A stretch of 64,000 nucleotides of DNA from Occultella glacieicola. GTDB lineage: Bacteria; Actinomycetota; Actinomycetes; Actinomycetales; Beutenbergiaceae. The notes beneath the pieces are model-generated. The model was not told the origin of the DNA, did not search any database, and worked only from the letters and a program-made list of their open reading frames with translations. The DNA lies in NCBI RefSeq assembly GCF_004353825.1, contig NZ_SMNA01000001.1, positions 372,001 through 436,000 of the forward strand. The letters run 5' to 3'. Position 1 is the first letter of the stretch, and every line of letters starts with the position of its first letter. The translations under genes and the position numbers were made by a program. Of the stretch, positions 1 to 8,316 are shown one piece after another.

Positions 1-598
1 CGATGATCGACCACAGCCGCCAGCGCTTCTCACGCAACCGCTCGAACAGGTACCCGACCACGAGGACCTCCTCAAGGAGACCGTTCTTGAGGGCGGCGAG
101 GATCAGGATCGGGACCGCCCACCAGTACGGGTCGAGGGCCGAGGCCTGGACCGAGACGGTGATGCCGAGGGCGCGTCCGGCCAGGTACAGCCCGAGCCCG
201 GGGATGCCGATGATCGCTCCGAGGGCCAGGCCCCAGCCGAAGTCTCGACCGGGCCGGCTCAGGTCGAGGCCGATCCGCCGGAACGGGTTGCGGCCGGTGT
301 CGCTGAGCAGATAGAGCGCGAGGGCGACCGGGATCAGCGCGAACGTCAGGGAGAGCACCTGGTAGAGCAGATCCCAGTAGGGCCGCTCGGACAGCGGCGG
401 GTTGAGGGTGGCGGTCTGGTCCCCGAGGGGGCCGCGGGTGAGGCGGTCGAGGATGTTCACCACGGCATAGACGCCGGACCTGCCCAGGGACAGACCCATG
501 ACGATCCAGATCTCGACGGTCAGGCGTCGGGACCGGGCCCTGGCCGACGGCGCGGGTGCGGTCAGGGAGGGTGTCTCCGGTTCGCCCTGGGTCGCCAT
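1..598 (-). CDS. CPBP (CAAX protease-like) intramembrane glutamic endopeptidase, runs off the window edge
   Basis: Hand translation from ATG at 598: MATQGEP...RLTVEIWIVMGLSLGRSGVYA...ALKNGLLEEVLVVGYL. Hydrophobic helices and an EE motif. TATAAC -10 lies 6 nt upstream. Confidence 0.85.
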   Translation of the reverse strand, partial: MATQGEPETPSLTAPAPSARARSRRLTVEIWIVMGLSLGRSGVYAVVNILDRLTRGPLGDQTATLNPPLSERPYWDLLYQVLSLTFALIPVALALYLLSDTGRNPFRRIGLDLSRPGRDFGWGLALGAIIGIPGLGLYLAGRALGITVSVQASALDPYWWAVPILILAALKNGLLEEVLVVGYLFERLREKRWRLWSII

Positions 599-634
599 AC
601 GCCGGTTATAGCGCATCCACCTGCGCCGCAGCAG

Positions 635-682
635 GCGTCAAGAACGATTGACGCACCTGGCACCGTCAATGTAAATTGACGG
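635..682. promoter_or_regulatory. Two CGTCAA-N6-TTGACG palindromic operators overlapping the -35 (TTGACG 648-653) and -10 (TAAATT 672-677) of the HTH gene
   Basis: GCGTCAAgaacgaTTGACGC at 635-654 and CCGTCAATgtaaATTGACGG at 663-682. Confidence 0.75.
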
Positions 683-684
683 AT

Positions 685-936
685 ATGAACGACTCGGAGG
701 TGAGGTCGATGAGTGCCCTGTCCGCCGCTGCCGAGGACGACGGCGACATCTTCGCCGGGCTCGCGGCGCTCGTGGAACTACGCCACCGGGCCGATGCCCG
801 CGAGGCGGTGCTCGTCCGCCGGGCCCGCAGCGAGGGGCTGACCTGGGCCGAGATCGCGGTCCTGCTCGGGGTCTCCAAGCAGGCCGTGCACAAGAAGTAC
901 GGCGGCTCGCGGTTCGAACGGCGGGGGCCCGCGTAG
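685..936 (+). CDS. Small HTH DNA-binding protein
   Basis: ARSEGLTWAEIAVLLGVSKQAVHKKY helix-turn-helix; leaderless ATG 7 nt after TAAATT. Confidence 0.85.
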   Translation: MNDSEVRSMSALSAAAEDDGDIFAGLAALVELRHRADAREAVLVRRARSEGLTWAEIAVLLGVSKQAVHKKYGGSRFERRGPA

Positions 937-987
937 GTCGGCCTGCCGACGCGGCCAGGCCAACGGTCCGGAGCGACTCCACCGGTG

Positions 988-1050
988 AGGCAGACACTTC
1001 CGTCTGAAGAAGAACGTTCCATGGTGCTGATCGGACGGGAGGTTCTGCCT
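988..1050. repeat. Long imperfect inverted repeat between convergent genes (terminator or REP-like)
   Basis: AGGCAGA..TTCCGTCTGA / TCGGACGGGA..TCTGCCT. Confidence 0.5.
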
Positions 1051-1078
1051 GACGACGGGAGGCTATGGCTCGCGCGGG

Positions 1079-1699
1079 TCAGCCCGCGGGAACGGCGTGC
1101 CCGCCGGTGAGGTCGACGAGGCGCGCCGCGACCAGGTCGAGATCGGCTCGGGCCGCCTCCCGGTCACGGGTGGGCAGCATGTCACCCCAGTGCGACAGGA
1201 ACGTGCCGCGCAGTTGCAGCATTCCGGTAGGTCGCGCGAACAGCCACCAGTGCAGGTGCTCCTGGCCGTCGCCCCACCGGGCCACCTGGATCCGTGGTAC
1301 GTCGAGGACATCGCAGGCGGCCCGCTCGATCGCGGTCAACAGCTCGCCCATCCGCGCGGCGGTGGCCGGTCGGAGGTCGCGCAGGTCGGCATGCGCACGG
1401 GGCATCAGGAATGCGCCGAAGGGGAGGGACTGGGCCGCTTGGGGGACGCCGAGAAAGGCGTGCTCGTCGTGCCAGATCACATACGAGGGATCGAGGTGCG
1501 CAGCCGCAGCGCACATGAAGCAGTCCGCGCCGCCGGCGCCCTGACGGGTGGGCTCCTCGGCGGGTTCGACGATGGCGCGAGGCCGCAACTCGCCCTCGAA
1601 CGGCCAACTCGGCCAGTCCGCCCAGCCGAGCTCGCGGTATCCGGTCGCCTCGATCGTGGCACTCACACGCCGGAACCACTGCGCCGCCGACTCCGTCAC
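1079..1699 (-). CDS. HIT-like family protein
   Basis: DCFMC, MPRAH, RWGDGQEHLHWW (degenerate HxHxH). Confidence 0.7.
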   Translation of the reverse strand: MTESAAQWFRRVSATIEATGYRELGWADWPSWPFEGELRPRAIVEPAEEPTRQGAGGADCFMCAAAAHLDPSYVIWHDEHAFLGVPQAAQSLPFGAFLMPRAHADLRDLRPATAARMGELLTAIERAACDVLDVPRIQVARWGDGQEHLHWWLFARPTGMLQLRGTFLSHWGDMLPTRDREAARADLDLVAARLVDLTGGHAVPAG

Positions 1700-1720
1700 G
1701 GCTCTCGCGCTCCCTCCGGC

Positions 1721-3004
1721 TCAGCGCTTCTCGATCAGGCCGACGACCTCGCAGGCGTAGTGCTGGGACGCCGTCATGGAACCACGGAACCACAGCACGG
1801 CGCGGGTGTCGGGGTCGCCCGGGACCACGATCGGGCGCAGGTTGTCGACGTCGGAGTTCTCGGTGACCGGCGTCCAGTCCCAGGACGCACCGCCGTCGGT
1901 GGTCCGGCCGTGGAAGATCTCGTGGTGGTCGAGCGCCGAGTCGTCGCGCGGGTCGATCGGGGTGGAGGCGTAGACCGAGTCCAGGTCGTAGGGGTCGATC
2001 GCGACCAGACCGGTGTAGTCCTCCTCGTGCGGGAGCAGAGCAGCGCCGGCCTTGGCGAGGTGGTGCACCTGCCAGGTTCCGCCGTCGAACGTGCCGTAGA
2101 AGAACCGGTGGTCGGAGAAGTCGCTGTTCTCCGGGTCGTCGCCGGCGCGGCCGGTGAGGATCGCCACGATCCGGCCGTCCGGCGCGCGGCGGAGGTCCGT
2201 GGTCCAGGCGTGCGTGATCGTGGCCCCCGCGAACTCCGAGCCGGCGGCCAGGATCGTGGTCAGCTCGACCTGGGACGGTGCCTGCTCGTCGAGGACCGGT
2301 CCGCCCACGACGGTGCCGTCACTGGCGTGCAGCGCGCCACCGGAGATGTACCCGTGGTAGATCGAGTTGTTGTAGTCGCGCGGGTGGTGGTCGGTGGTGA
2401 TCAGGTCGATCCGGTCGGTGCCGTTGCTGGCGTAACGGGTGTAGCCATTGACGTAGCCGATCTTGGGGCGGGTGAAGAGCTTGCCGCCGAAGTCGAACGT
2501 GGTGCCGTCATCGGTGGAGACCAGGATCGACGGGTCGTCGTTGATCGCACGCGCGAAGTTGTAGAGCCGGCCCTCGTCGCTGAGGTGGTGCAGGTTGGAG
2601 TAGGTGACCCCGCGCCCGTCGGTGAGGTCGGTCCAGTCGAAGGTCTGCTCGGGCTGCCAGGAGGTCGCGTCGTGCGCCTCGGTCGAGATCCGCCACCGGG
2701 TCAGGTTGTCGGTCTTGTGCTTGGTGTACATGGCCAGGTAGCGCCCGTCCGGGCGGATGAACAGGGCCGCCGTGTTGTGGTCGTCGGCCTCCAGTCGTTC
2801 GTGGAGCACGACCACCTCGGTGGTGCCCGTGGACAGGTCCACGACCGCGAGTTCCACATGGCCCGCGCGGTCCTCGCCGCCCGGGCCCTCCGGGGCCGGG
2901 ATCGAACCCACCAGGAGCGTGTTCGTGACCGGGTCGATGAGAGCGCGCTCGTCCTGGAACCAGCACCACGCGCCGTTGTCGTTGATGAGTTGCACCGTCG
3001 CCAT
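1721..3004 (-). CDS. BNR-4 repeat beta-propeller protein (putative glycoside hydrolase or lyase)
   Basis: MATVQLINDNGAWCWFQDERA, DDHN motif, Asp-box repeats STDDGTTF and TTDGGASW; true start inferred at 3004 rather than the ORF-track start. Confidence 0.8.
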   Translation of the reverse strand: MATVQLINDNGAWCWFQDERALIDPVTNTLLVGSIPAPEGPGGEDRAGHVELAVVDLSTGTTEVVVLHERLEADDHNTAALFIRPDGRYLAMYTKHKTDNLTRWRISTEAHDATSWQPEQTFDWTDLTDGRGVTYSNLHHLSDEGRLYNFARAINDDPSILVSTDDGTTFDFGGKLFTRPKIGYVNGYTRYASNGTDRIDLITTDHHPRDYNNSIYHGYISGGALHASDGTVVGGPVLDEQAPSQVELTTILAAGSEFAGATITHAWTTDLRRAPDGRIVAILTGRAGDDPENSDFSDHRFFYGTFDGGTWQVHHLAKAGAALLPHEEDYTGLVAIDPYDLDSVYASTPIDPRDDSALDHHEIFHGRTTDGGASWDWTPVTENSDVDNLRPIVVPGDPDTRAVLWFRGSMTASQHYACEVVGLIEKR

Positions 3005-3024
3005 GAACCCTGATCCTGCCAGGT

Positions 3025-3038
3025 GGATAGCCCTTTCC
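3025..3038. promoter_or_regulatory. Possible LacI-family operator upstream of the BNR-4 gene
   Basis: GGATAGCCCTTTCC resembles the palindrome GGAAAGCGCTTTCC. Confidence 0.35.
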
Positions 3039-3095
3039 GCACCTCGCCGGACAAGTCCGGCCGCCGGGTCCCTTGCGCAGCGACCGGAGTCGTGG

Positions 3096-3124
3096 CAGAG
3101 TACTTTGCAACACAAACCACTCTG
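3096..3124. promoter_or_regulatory. Palindromic operator upstream of the membrane protein/regulator/ABC operon
   Basis: CAGAGTACTTTG-caaca-CAAACCACTCTG (10 of 12 positions pair). Confidence 0.6.
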
Positions 3125-3139
3125 TGAGGAGAGACCTGG

Positions 3140-3832
3140 ATGTCCGCCGACGAGCCCGATGGCCCGCGGGCCCACGAGGCCGATGTGGCCGGACGCGCCG
3201 ACGACGCACCGCCGTCGGACCCGGCGGCCGTCCTGGCGATGATCGCCGCGCAGCGCGCGTCGACGCGTAAGGGCGTCGAGCCGAACGGGCCGCTCCTCTT
3301 CGGGGCCTGGGGGGTCGCTTGGCTGATCGGCTACCTGGTCCTGTACGTCACCTACGACGAGACCCTCGGCCGGTCCACCGCCTGGGGGTTCGTGGTGTTC
3401 GGCCTCTTCCTGCTCGGTGCCCTGGCGTTCACCGCCGTGCATGTCGCGCGGCGAGCGTCCGGGGTGCGTGGGGCATCCGCCGCCGCCGGGGCGATGTACG
3501 GCTGGAGCTGGGTGATCGCATTCATGATGGCGTGCCTGCTGTTCGCCGGCCTGTCCCGAGCGGGTGCCTCGCCGGAGGTGATGGCGATCACGGCGAACGG
3601 GGTCAGCGCCCTGATCGTGGCGGTCATGTACATGGCCGGCGGTGCGCTCTGGCGGGTGTGGCGGATGTTCGCCCTCGGCGCCTGGATCGCGGTGGTCGCG
3701 GGCGCCGCCGCCCTGATCCCGCAGCCGGGCACCTACCTGGTCATGGCGCTCGCGGGTGGTGGTGGCTTCCTGGTGGCAGCGTTCGGCGACCTGCACCAGA
3801 CGAGGCGCCGCACCAAGCGGTCCGTGCCATGA
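3140..3832 (+). CDS. Multi-pass membrane protein, first gene of the ABC exporter operon
   Basis: About 6 hydrophobic segments; GAGGAG SD; overlaps the next gene (ATGA). Confidence 0.8.
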   Translation: MSADEPDGPRAHEADVAGRADDAPPSDPAAVLAMIAAQRASTRKGVEPNGPLLFGAWGVAWLIGYLVLYVTYDETLGRSTAWGFVVFGLFLLGALAFTAVHVARRASGVRGASAAAGAMYGWSWVIAFMMACLLFAGLSRAGASPEVMAITANGVSALIVAVMYMAGGALWRVWRMFALGAWIAVVAGAAALIPQPGTYLVMALAGGGGFLVAAFGDLHQTRRRTKRSVP

Positions 3833-4131
3833 GCGAGATCGAGCTCGACCCCGTGATCCACGCCCAGGCCCGACTGCGGGTGGTCGCCACCCTGGCGACG
3901 CTCGACGAAGGTGACCGGCTGGCCTTCCCGAAACTCCAGAAGCTGCTCGAGATGACCGCGGGCAACCTCTCCACCCACCTGCGCAAGCTCGAGGAGGCCG
4001 ACTACGTGCTGATCGACAAGCGGTTCGAGGGTCGCAGCCCGGCCACCTACCTCGAGCTCACCAAGAAGGGTCGCCGGGCCTTCGAGAGTTATACCGAAAC
4101 CCTGGAAGCACTCCTGAGAGGAGCGCAGTGA
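3829..4131 (+). CDS. Winged-helix transcriptional regulator (MarR/ArsR-like, HTH_34 type)
   Basis: LDPVIHAQARLR...MTAGNLSTHLRKLEEADYV...LTKKGRRAF. Confidence 0.9.
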   Translation: MSEIELDPVIHAQARLRVVATLATLDEGDRLAFPKLQKLLEMTAGNLSTHLRKLEEADYVLIDKRFEGRSPATYLELTKKGRRAFESYTETLEALLRGAQ

Positions 4132-5042
4132 TGGAACCGATCGTCAGCGTCCGTGACGTCCGCCGCACCTTCGGCGACGTCGTCGCCCTGGACGGCGTGA
4201 GCCTCGACGTCCACCCCGGCGAGATCGTCGGTCTGCTCGGCCCGAACGGCGCCGGGAAGACCACGCTGTTGTCCCTGATCAACGGCCTCCGGAAGCCGGA
4301 CTCCGGCACCGTCCGGCTCTTCGGCGGCGACCCTCGCAGGGCCTCGTCGCGATTCGGGCTGGGCACCACTCCGCAGGAGACCGGGCTGCCCGCCACCCTG
4401 AAGGTCGGTGAGGTCATCGACTTCGTCGGCGGCCACTACAGCGACCCGATGGGCCGCGACGAGCTCCTCGACCGGTTCGATCTGCGAGACCTCGTGACCC
4501 GGCAGACCGGGGGCCTGTCCGGCGGTCAGAAGCGCCGACTCGCGGTGGCCCTCTCGCTGGTCGGTCGCCCGTCCCTCGTGCTCCTCGACGAGCCGACCAC
4601 CGGCCTGGATGTGGAGGGTCGCCGCGCCCTCTGGCAGGCCCTGCGTGACTACCACGCCGAAGGCTCGACGATCATCCTCACCAGTCACTATCTGGAAGAG
4701 GTCGAGGCGCTCGCCGAACGCGTCGTCGTGGTGGGCAGCGGCCGCATCCTCGCCGACGACCGTCTGGGCCAGGTCCTCGCCCACGTGAATGCCCGGCGGG
4801 TGAGCCTGTGCACCGGCGCAGCCGAGACCGACCTCGCCGCGCTGCCCACGGTGACCGCGGTGCAGACCGACGGCGACCGGGCCCATCTGCTCGTCTCCGA
4901 CTCCGACGCATTCGTCCGTGGCCTGGTGGCCTCCGGTACCGAGTTCTCCGGACTCGAGGTCCGCGGCGCTTCGCTCGAGGAGGCCTTCCTGTCCCTGACC
5001 GGCACAGCCGGCATGCCCGAGACCGAGGAGGTCGCAGCATGA
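4128..5042 (+). CDS. ABC-2 type exporter ATP-binding protein
   Basis: Walker A GPNGAGKTT, signature LSGGQ, Walker B LLDEPT. Confidence 0.95.
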   Translation: MMEPIVSVRDVRRTFGDVVALDGVSLDVHPGEIVGLLGPNGAGKTTLLSLINGLRKPDSGTVRLFGGDPRRASSRFGLGTTPQETGLPATLKVGEVIDFVGGHYSDPMGRDELLDRFDLRDLVTRQTGGLSGGQKRRLAVALSLVGRPSLVLLDEPTTGLDVEGRRALWQALRDYHAEGSTIILTSHYLEEVEALAERVVVVGSGRILADDRLGQVLAHVNARRVSLCTGAAETDLAALPTVTAVQTDGDRAHLLVSDSDAFVRGLVASGTEFSGLEVRGASLEEAFLSLTGTAGMPETEEVAA

Positions 5043-5842
5043 GCACCGCCACCGCACCGGCACCGATCGGGGCCACCCCCCGCCCCGGCCCGAGCCTGCC
5101 CAGCCTCGTCCTGCTGCACGCGAAGTTCTCCGTCCTGGAGACCATCCGGATCCCGATCGCCGTGGTCGGCAACCTGCTGTTCCCGACCCTGGCCATGGTC
5201 TTCTTCGTGGTCCCGAACGCGACGGTCGCCGACAATCCGGTGTTCGCGACCGCGGCCGTCGGGCAGCTGGCGATGTTCTCGGTGATGTCCACCTTCCTGT
5301 TCACGTTCGGCTCCGGGGTGGCCGAGGACCGGGCGCTCCCGTTCGACGGCTACGTGCGCACGCTGCCGGCCGGGGTGGCGCCGCGGATGCTCGGCCGGGT
5401 CCTGGCCGGCTGCCTGTTCGCGCTGGTGAGCCTGGTCCCGCTCGGCGTGGTGGGCGCGCTGCTCACCGCGGCCACCGCACCGCCCGCGACCGTGGTGCTC
5501 GCGGCGTTGATGGTGCTGGTGGTCGGCCTGCCGTTCCTGATGCTCGGCCTCGCGATCGGCTACCGGATGAGCAGCAAGGCGGCCATCGCCGTGGTCCAGG
5601 CGGTGCTGTTCCCGCTCGCGTTCGCCGGCGGTCTGTTCCTGCCCGCCGAGATGTTCCCGGCCTGGCTGAACGCCTTCTCCCAGGCCCTGCCCAGCCGCGC
5701 CGGACGAGACCTGCTGATCCAGGTGCTGACCGGCCAGGAGGCGTACTCGCTGGCGCTGCCGGTGCTCATCGCCTGGGGTCTGGTGTTCACGGCACTCGCC
5801 GTGCTGGCCTATCGCCGGGACGAGGGTCGTCGGTTCAACTGA
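5039..5842 (+). CDS. ABC-2 type permease
   Basis: About 6 TM segments, AFAGGLF, C-terminal YRRDEG; ATGA overlap. Confidence 0.9.
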   Translation: MSTATAPAPIGATPRPGPSLPSLVLLHAKFSVLETIRIPIAVVGNLLFPTLAMVFFVVPNATVADNPVFATAAVGQLAMFSVMSTFLFTFGSGVAEDRALPFDGYVRTLPAGVAPRMLGRVLAGCLFALVSLVPLGVVGALLTAATAPPATVVLAALMVLVVGLPFLMLGLAIGYRMSSKAAIAVVQAVLFPLAFAGGLFLPAEMFPAWLNAFSQALPSRAGRDLLIQVLTGQEAYSLALPVLIAWGLVFTALAVLAYRRDEGRRFN

Positions 5843-5849
5843 GTGCGAT

Positions 5850-5910
5850 GCCCGACGGCGACGGCGGCCCGGACCGGAAAGGTCCGGGCCGTCTCGTGGT
5901 CGCGTCGGGC
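5850..5910 (+). terminator. Hairpin terminator after the ABC operon
   Basis: CGGCCCGGACC-ggaaa-GGTCCGGGCCG with an outer GCCCGACG/CGTCGGGC stem. Confidence 0.65.
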
Positions 5911-6022
5911 GCGAACGGCCAAGCGTCCGGTCGGGTCGGCTGGCGACCTGCCGGCCGGAACCGACGCCAGGTCTCGACGCTCCGTGATCTGCAGGGCCTG
6001 TGCCGGGTGAGAGAATGGGGCG

Positions 6023-6904
6023 ATGGGTCGCAAGGGGTCCGCGACCATCGGGCCGATCGTCGAGCGCACCATCCAGAAGGCGGTGGCGCGTGTGGTTCGG
6101 CGTGAGCGGGCGGTCCACACGCTGAGCGTCGACTCCGAGGTCGACCCCGAGCGCGCGGTGCACCGGCTGCGGGTGGCCGTGCGCAAGCTCCGGGCCATGC
6201 TGTCCGCGTTCGGGCCGTATCTCGACCGGGGTTTCTCCGGTCCGTTGCGCCGCAGGCTGTCGGAACTCTCCGACGTTCTCGCTGCGGTCCGCGACCTTGA
6301 CGTCCAGCTGGCCGCTCTGGACCGGGAGACGACGGCGTCCGCCGCGTTCGCCATGGAGGTGGCGCCGTTCCTCGACTCGCTCCGGCACCGTCGGGCCGAC
6401 GCGGTCCGCCGGCTCGAGGAGCACGTGGCCACGCCGGAGCACGCCGCGCTGATCGCCGACCTTCAGGTGGATCGGGTCCCGGTCCGTGATGGTGAGGTCA
6501 GGGCGCGCCGGGCGCTGCGCCGGCGCCTGCGCAAGGACTGGCGTCGGAGCCGGGACCGGATCGCCGCCGCCCACACAGGGTCGGGTTCCCTGCACGAGGT
6601 CCGCAAGTCCGTGAAGCGGTTGCGCTACCTCGCCGAGCTGGCCACCGACCCGCTCGGACGGCCGGCGAAACGGCTCGCCACCCAGGCCCGGCGGACGCAG
6701 GACCTCCTCGGAGCGCATCAGGACGCCACCGTTCTGGACGGGCTGGTGCGTACCTACGTCGCGGAGACCGGCGGCGCTCCGGGCACGACGTTCGCGCTCG
6801 GGCAGCTCGTCGGCCGAGCGCACGAACGGCGCGGCCGGATCGAGCAGGACTGGCCGCACCGGCGCGACCGGCTGCGCCACCGGGCCGAACAGCTCCTCGG
6901 CTGA
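6023..6904 (+). CDS. CHAD domain protein (polyphosphate-binding)
   Basis: VHRLRVAVRKLR, VRDLDV, LHEVRKSVKRLRY, QDLLGAHQD. Confidence 0.9.
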   Translation: MGRKGSATIGPIVERTIQKAVARVVRRERAVHTLSVDSEVDPERAVHRLRVAVRKLRAMLSAFGPYLDRGFSGPLRRRLSELSDVLAAVRDLDVQLAALDRETTASAAFAMEVAPFLDSLRHRRADAVRRLEEHVATPEHAALIADLQVDRVPVRDGEVRARRALRRRLRKDWRRSRDRIAAAHTGSGSLHEVRKSVKRLRYLAELATDPLGRPAKRLATQARRTQDLLGAHQDATVLDGLVRTYVAETGGAPGTTFALGQLVGRAHERRGRIEQDWPHRRDRLRHRAEQLLG

Positions 6905-6943
6905 CGGGCCCGAACCTCTCGGCCCGACGGGTCCGACGTTCGC

Positions 6944-6964
6944 CTTGAGCGAAGGTGACTCAAC
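6944..6964. promoter_or_regulatory. HAIR (HspR) operator upstream of hsp20
   Basis: CTTGAGC-N7-ACTCAAC versus consensus CTTGAGT-N7-ACTCAAG. Confidence 0.8.
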
Positions 6965-7050
6965 CTCGGGAACGATCCTCCGCCGTCGGTGGTTGGAGCA
7001 GTCATCAGGGACCGGCGTAGGGCCGGGCCCAGCCAGACGAGGAGATAGAC

Positions 7051-7509
7051 ATGGCTCTCACCTTCGACCCCTTCCGCGAGGCGGACCGGCTCGCCCACCG
7101 CACGTCGCCCCGGGTGCCCCGGTGGATGCCGATGGACCTGCACCGCAGCGGTGACACGTTCGTCGTCGACATCGACCTGCCCGGCGTCGCGCCGGAGAGC
7201 ATCGACCTGGACGTGGACGGCAACACCCTGACCGTCCAGGCCGAACGCGGCTCCAGCCTCGGCGACGGGGAGCGCTGGATCGCCAAGGAGCGGGCGACCG
7301 GAACCTACCGCCGCCAGCTCAGCCTCGGCGACGGGCTGGACGTGGACGCGATCCGGGCCGACTACGCCCACGGCGTGCTGACCCTGACCATCCCGGTGGC
7401 GGAGCAGGCAAAGCCCCGCAAGATCGAGGTGCGGACCACGAAGCCGGCGATCGCCTCGACCGAGGTCCCGGTCGACGGCGCGGACGACCACGAGGTCGCC
7501 GCCGCCTGA
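7051..7509 (+). CDS. Hsp20/alpha-crystallin small heat shock protein
   Basis: FDPFRE, MPMDL, DLPGV, ADYAHGVLTLTIP, KPRKIEV; AGGAG SD. Confidence 0.95.
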   Translation: MALTFDPFREADRLAHRTSPRVPRWMPMDLHRSGDTFVVDIDLPGVAPESIDLDVDGNTLTVQAERGSSLGDGERWIAKERATGTYRRQLSLGDGLDVDAIRADYAHGVLTLTIPVAEQAKPRKIEVRTTKPAIASTEVPVDGADDHEVAAA

Positions 7510-7539
7510 TCCGCGGACCCGGTGGTGACGACGGGTCGC

Positions 7540-7596
7540 CACCGATGCGAACGGGCCCCGACCGCTACTTGCGGTCGGGGCCCGTTCGCATCGGTG
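7540..7596. terminator. Bidirectional terminator with a perfect 26-bp stem
   Basis: CACCGATGCGAACGGGCCCCGACCGC-tactt-GCGGTCGGGGCCCGTTCGCATCGGTG between convergent hsp20 and copZ. Confidence 0.85.
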
Positions 7597-7605
7597 AGGT
7601 CACCG

Positions 7606-7833
7606 TCAGTCGTGGATCGCCACCACGTCGTAGCCGGCCTCGTCCACGGCGGCGCGGATCGCGGCCTCGTTCAGGTCCACGTTCGAGACGACCGTGACGG
7701 GCGAGGGTTCGCCCGTGCGCAGTTCCACGGTGACGTCGAGCACGCCGTCGACGCGCTCGAGTTCCTCGGTGACATGGGCGACGCAGTTCGCGCAGGTCAT
7801 GCCGGCGACGTCGATCGTGGTGGTGCGGTCCAT
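7606..7833 (-). CDS. copZ: Copper chaperone, HMA domain
   Basis: GMTCANC and AVDEAGY. Confidence 0.9.
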   Translation of the reverse strand: MDRTTTIDVAGMTCANCVAHVTEELERVDGVLDVTVELRTGEPSPVTVVSNVDLNEAAIRAAVDEAGYDVVAIHD

Positions 7834-7875
7834 CGGGGTTCCTTCGGTCTGGGTTCTGGGTTCTGAATCGTGCGC

Positions 7876-8175
7876 TCAGGAACGCACGAGCCGGGCGATC
7901 GCGGCGGAGGCCTCGCGGACCTTCTCCTCGCCCTCGTCGGTCGAGGATCGGGCGGCGTCGACCACGCAACTGGCGAGGTGGTCGTCCAACAGGCCGAGGC
8001 TCACGGCCTGCAGGGCCTTGGTGACGGCGGAGACCTGGGTCAGGATGTCGATGCAGTAGGTGTCGTTCTCGACCATCTTCGCGATGCCGCGCACCTGGCC
8101 CTCGATCCGGCGCAGCCGCTTCAGGTACGCCTCCTTGTCTGCGACGTACCCGTGGTCGTGTCCGTGCTCGTTCAT
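7876..8175 (-). CDS. csoR: Copper-sensing repressor, CsoR family
   Basis: LKRLRRIEGQVRGI, YCIDILTQ, HLASC (Cys-His-Cys ligands). Confidence 0.92.
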   Translation of the reverse strand: MNEHGHDHGYVADKEAYLKRLRRIEGQVRGIAKMVENDTYCIDILTQVSAVTKALQAVSLGLLDDHLASCVVDAARSSTDEGEEKVREASAAIARLVRS

Positions 8176-8184
8176 CCCACGATC

Positions 8185-8201
8185 ATACCCCTAGAGGGTA
8201 T
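8185..8201. promoter_or_regulatory. CsoR operator overlapping the csoR -10
   Basis: ATACCC-ctaga-GGGTAT, matching the actinobacterial CsoR TACCC..GGGTA box. Confidence 0.8.
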
Positions 8202-8316
8202 CGTCGTGACCAGAGTGTGGTCACTCGACAACGGAACGGTCACGATCCGGGCCCTGCGGATATCGATCCGATATCGACCGGAGTTCGCGACGGGTCCGGC
8301 CCATACCGTGAGAGCC

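Noticed and set aside
1097..3013. Long antisense or alternate-frame ORFs throughout (e.g. 1097-3013, 4688-6880, 36735-39797, 40141-41853 N-terminal part)
   Set aside because: Arg/Gly/Pro-rich shadows of real genes, expected at this GC content; no motifs
8260..8276. GATATCG-atc-CGATATC palindrome
   Set aside because: Single short instance with no assignable regulator
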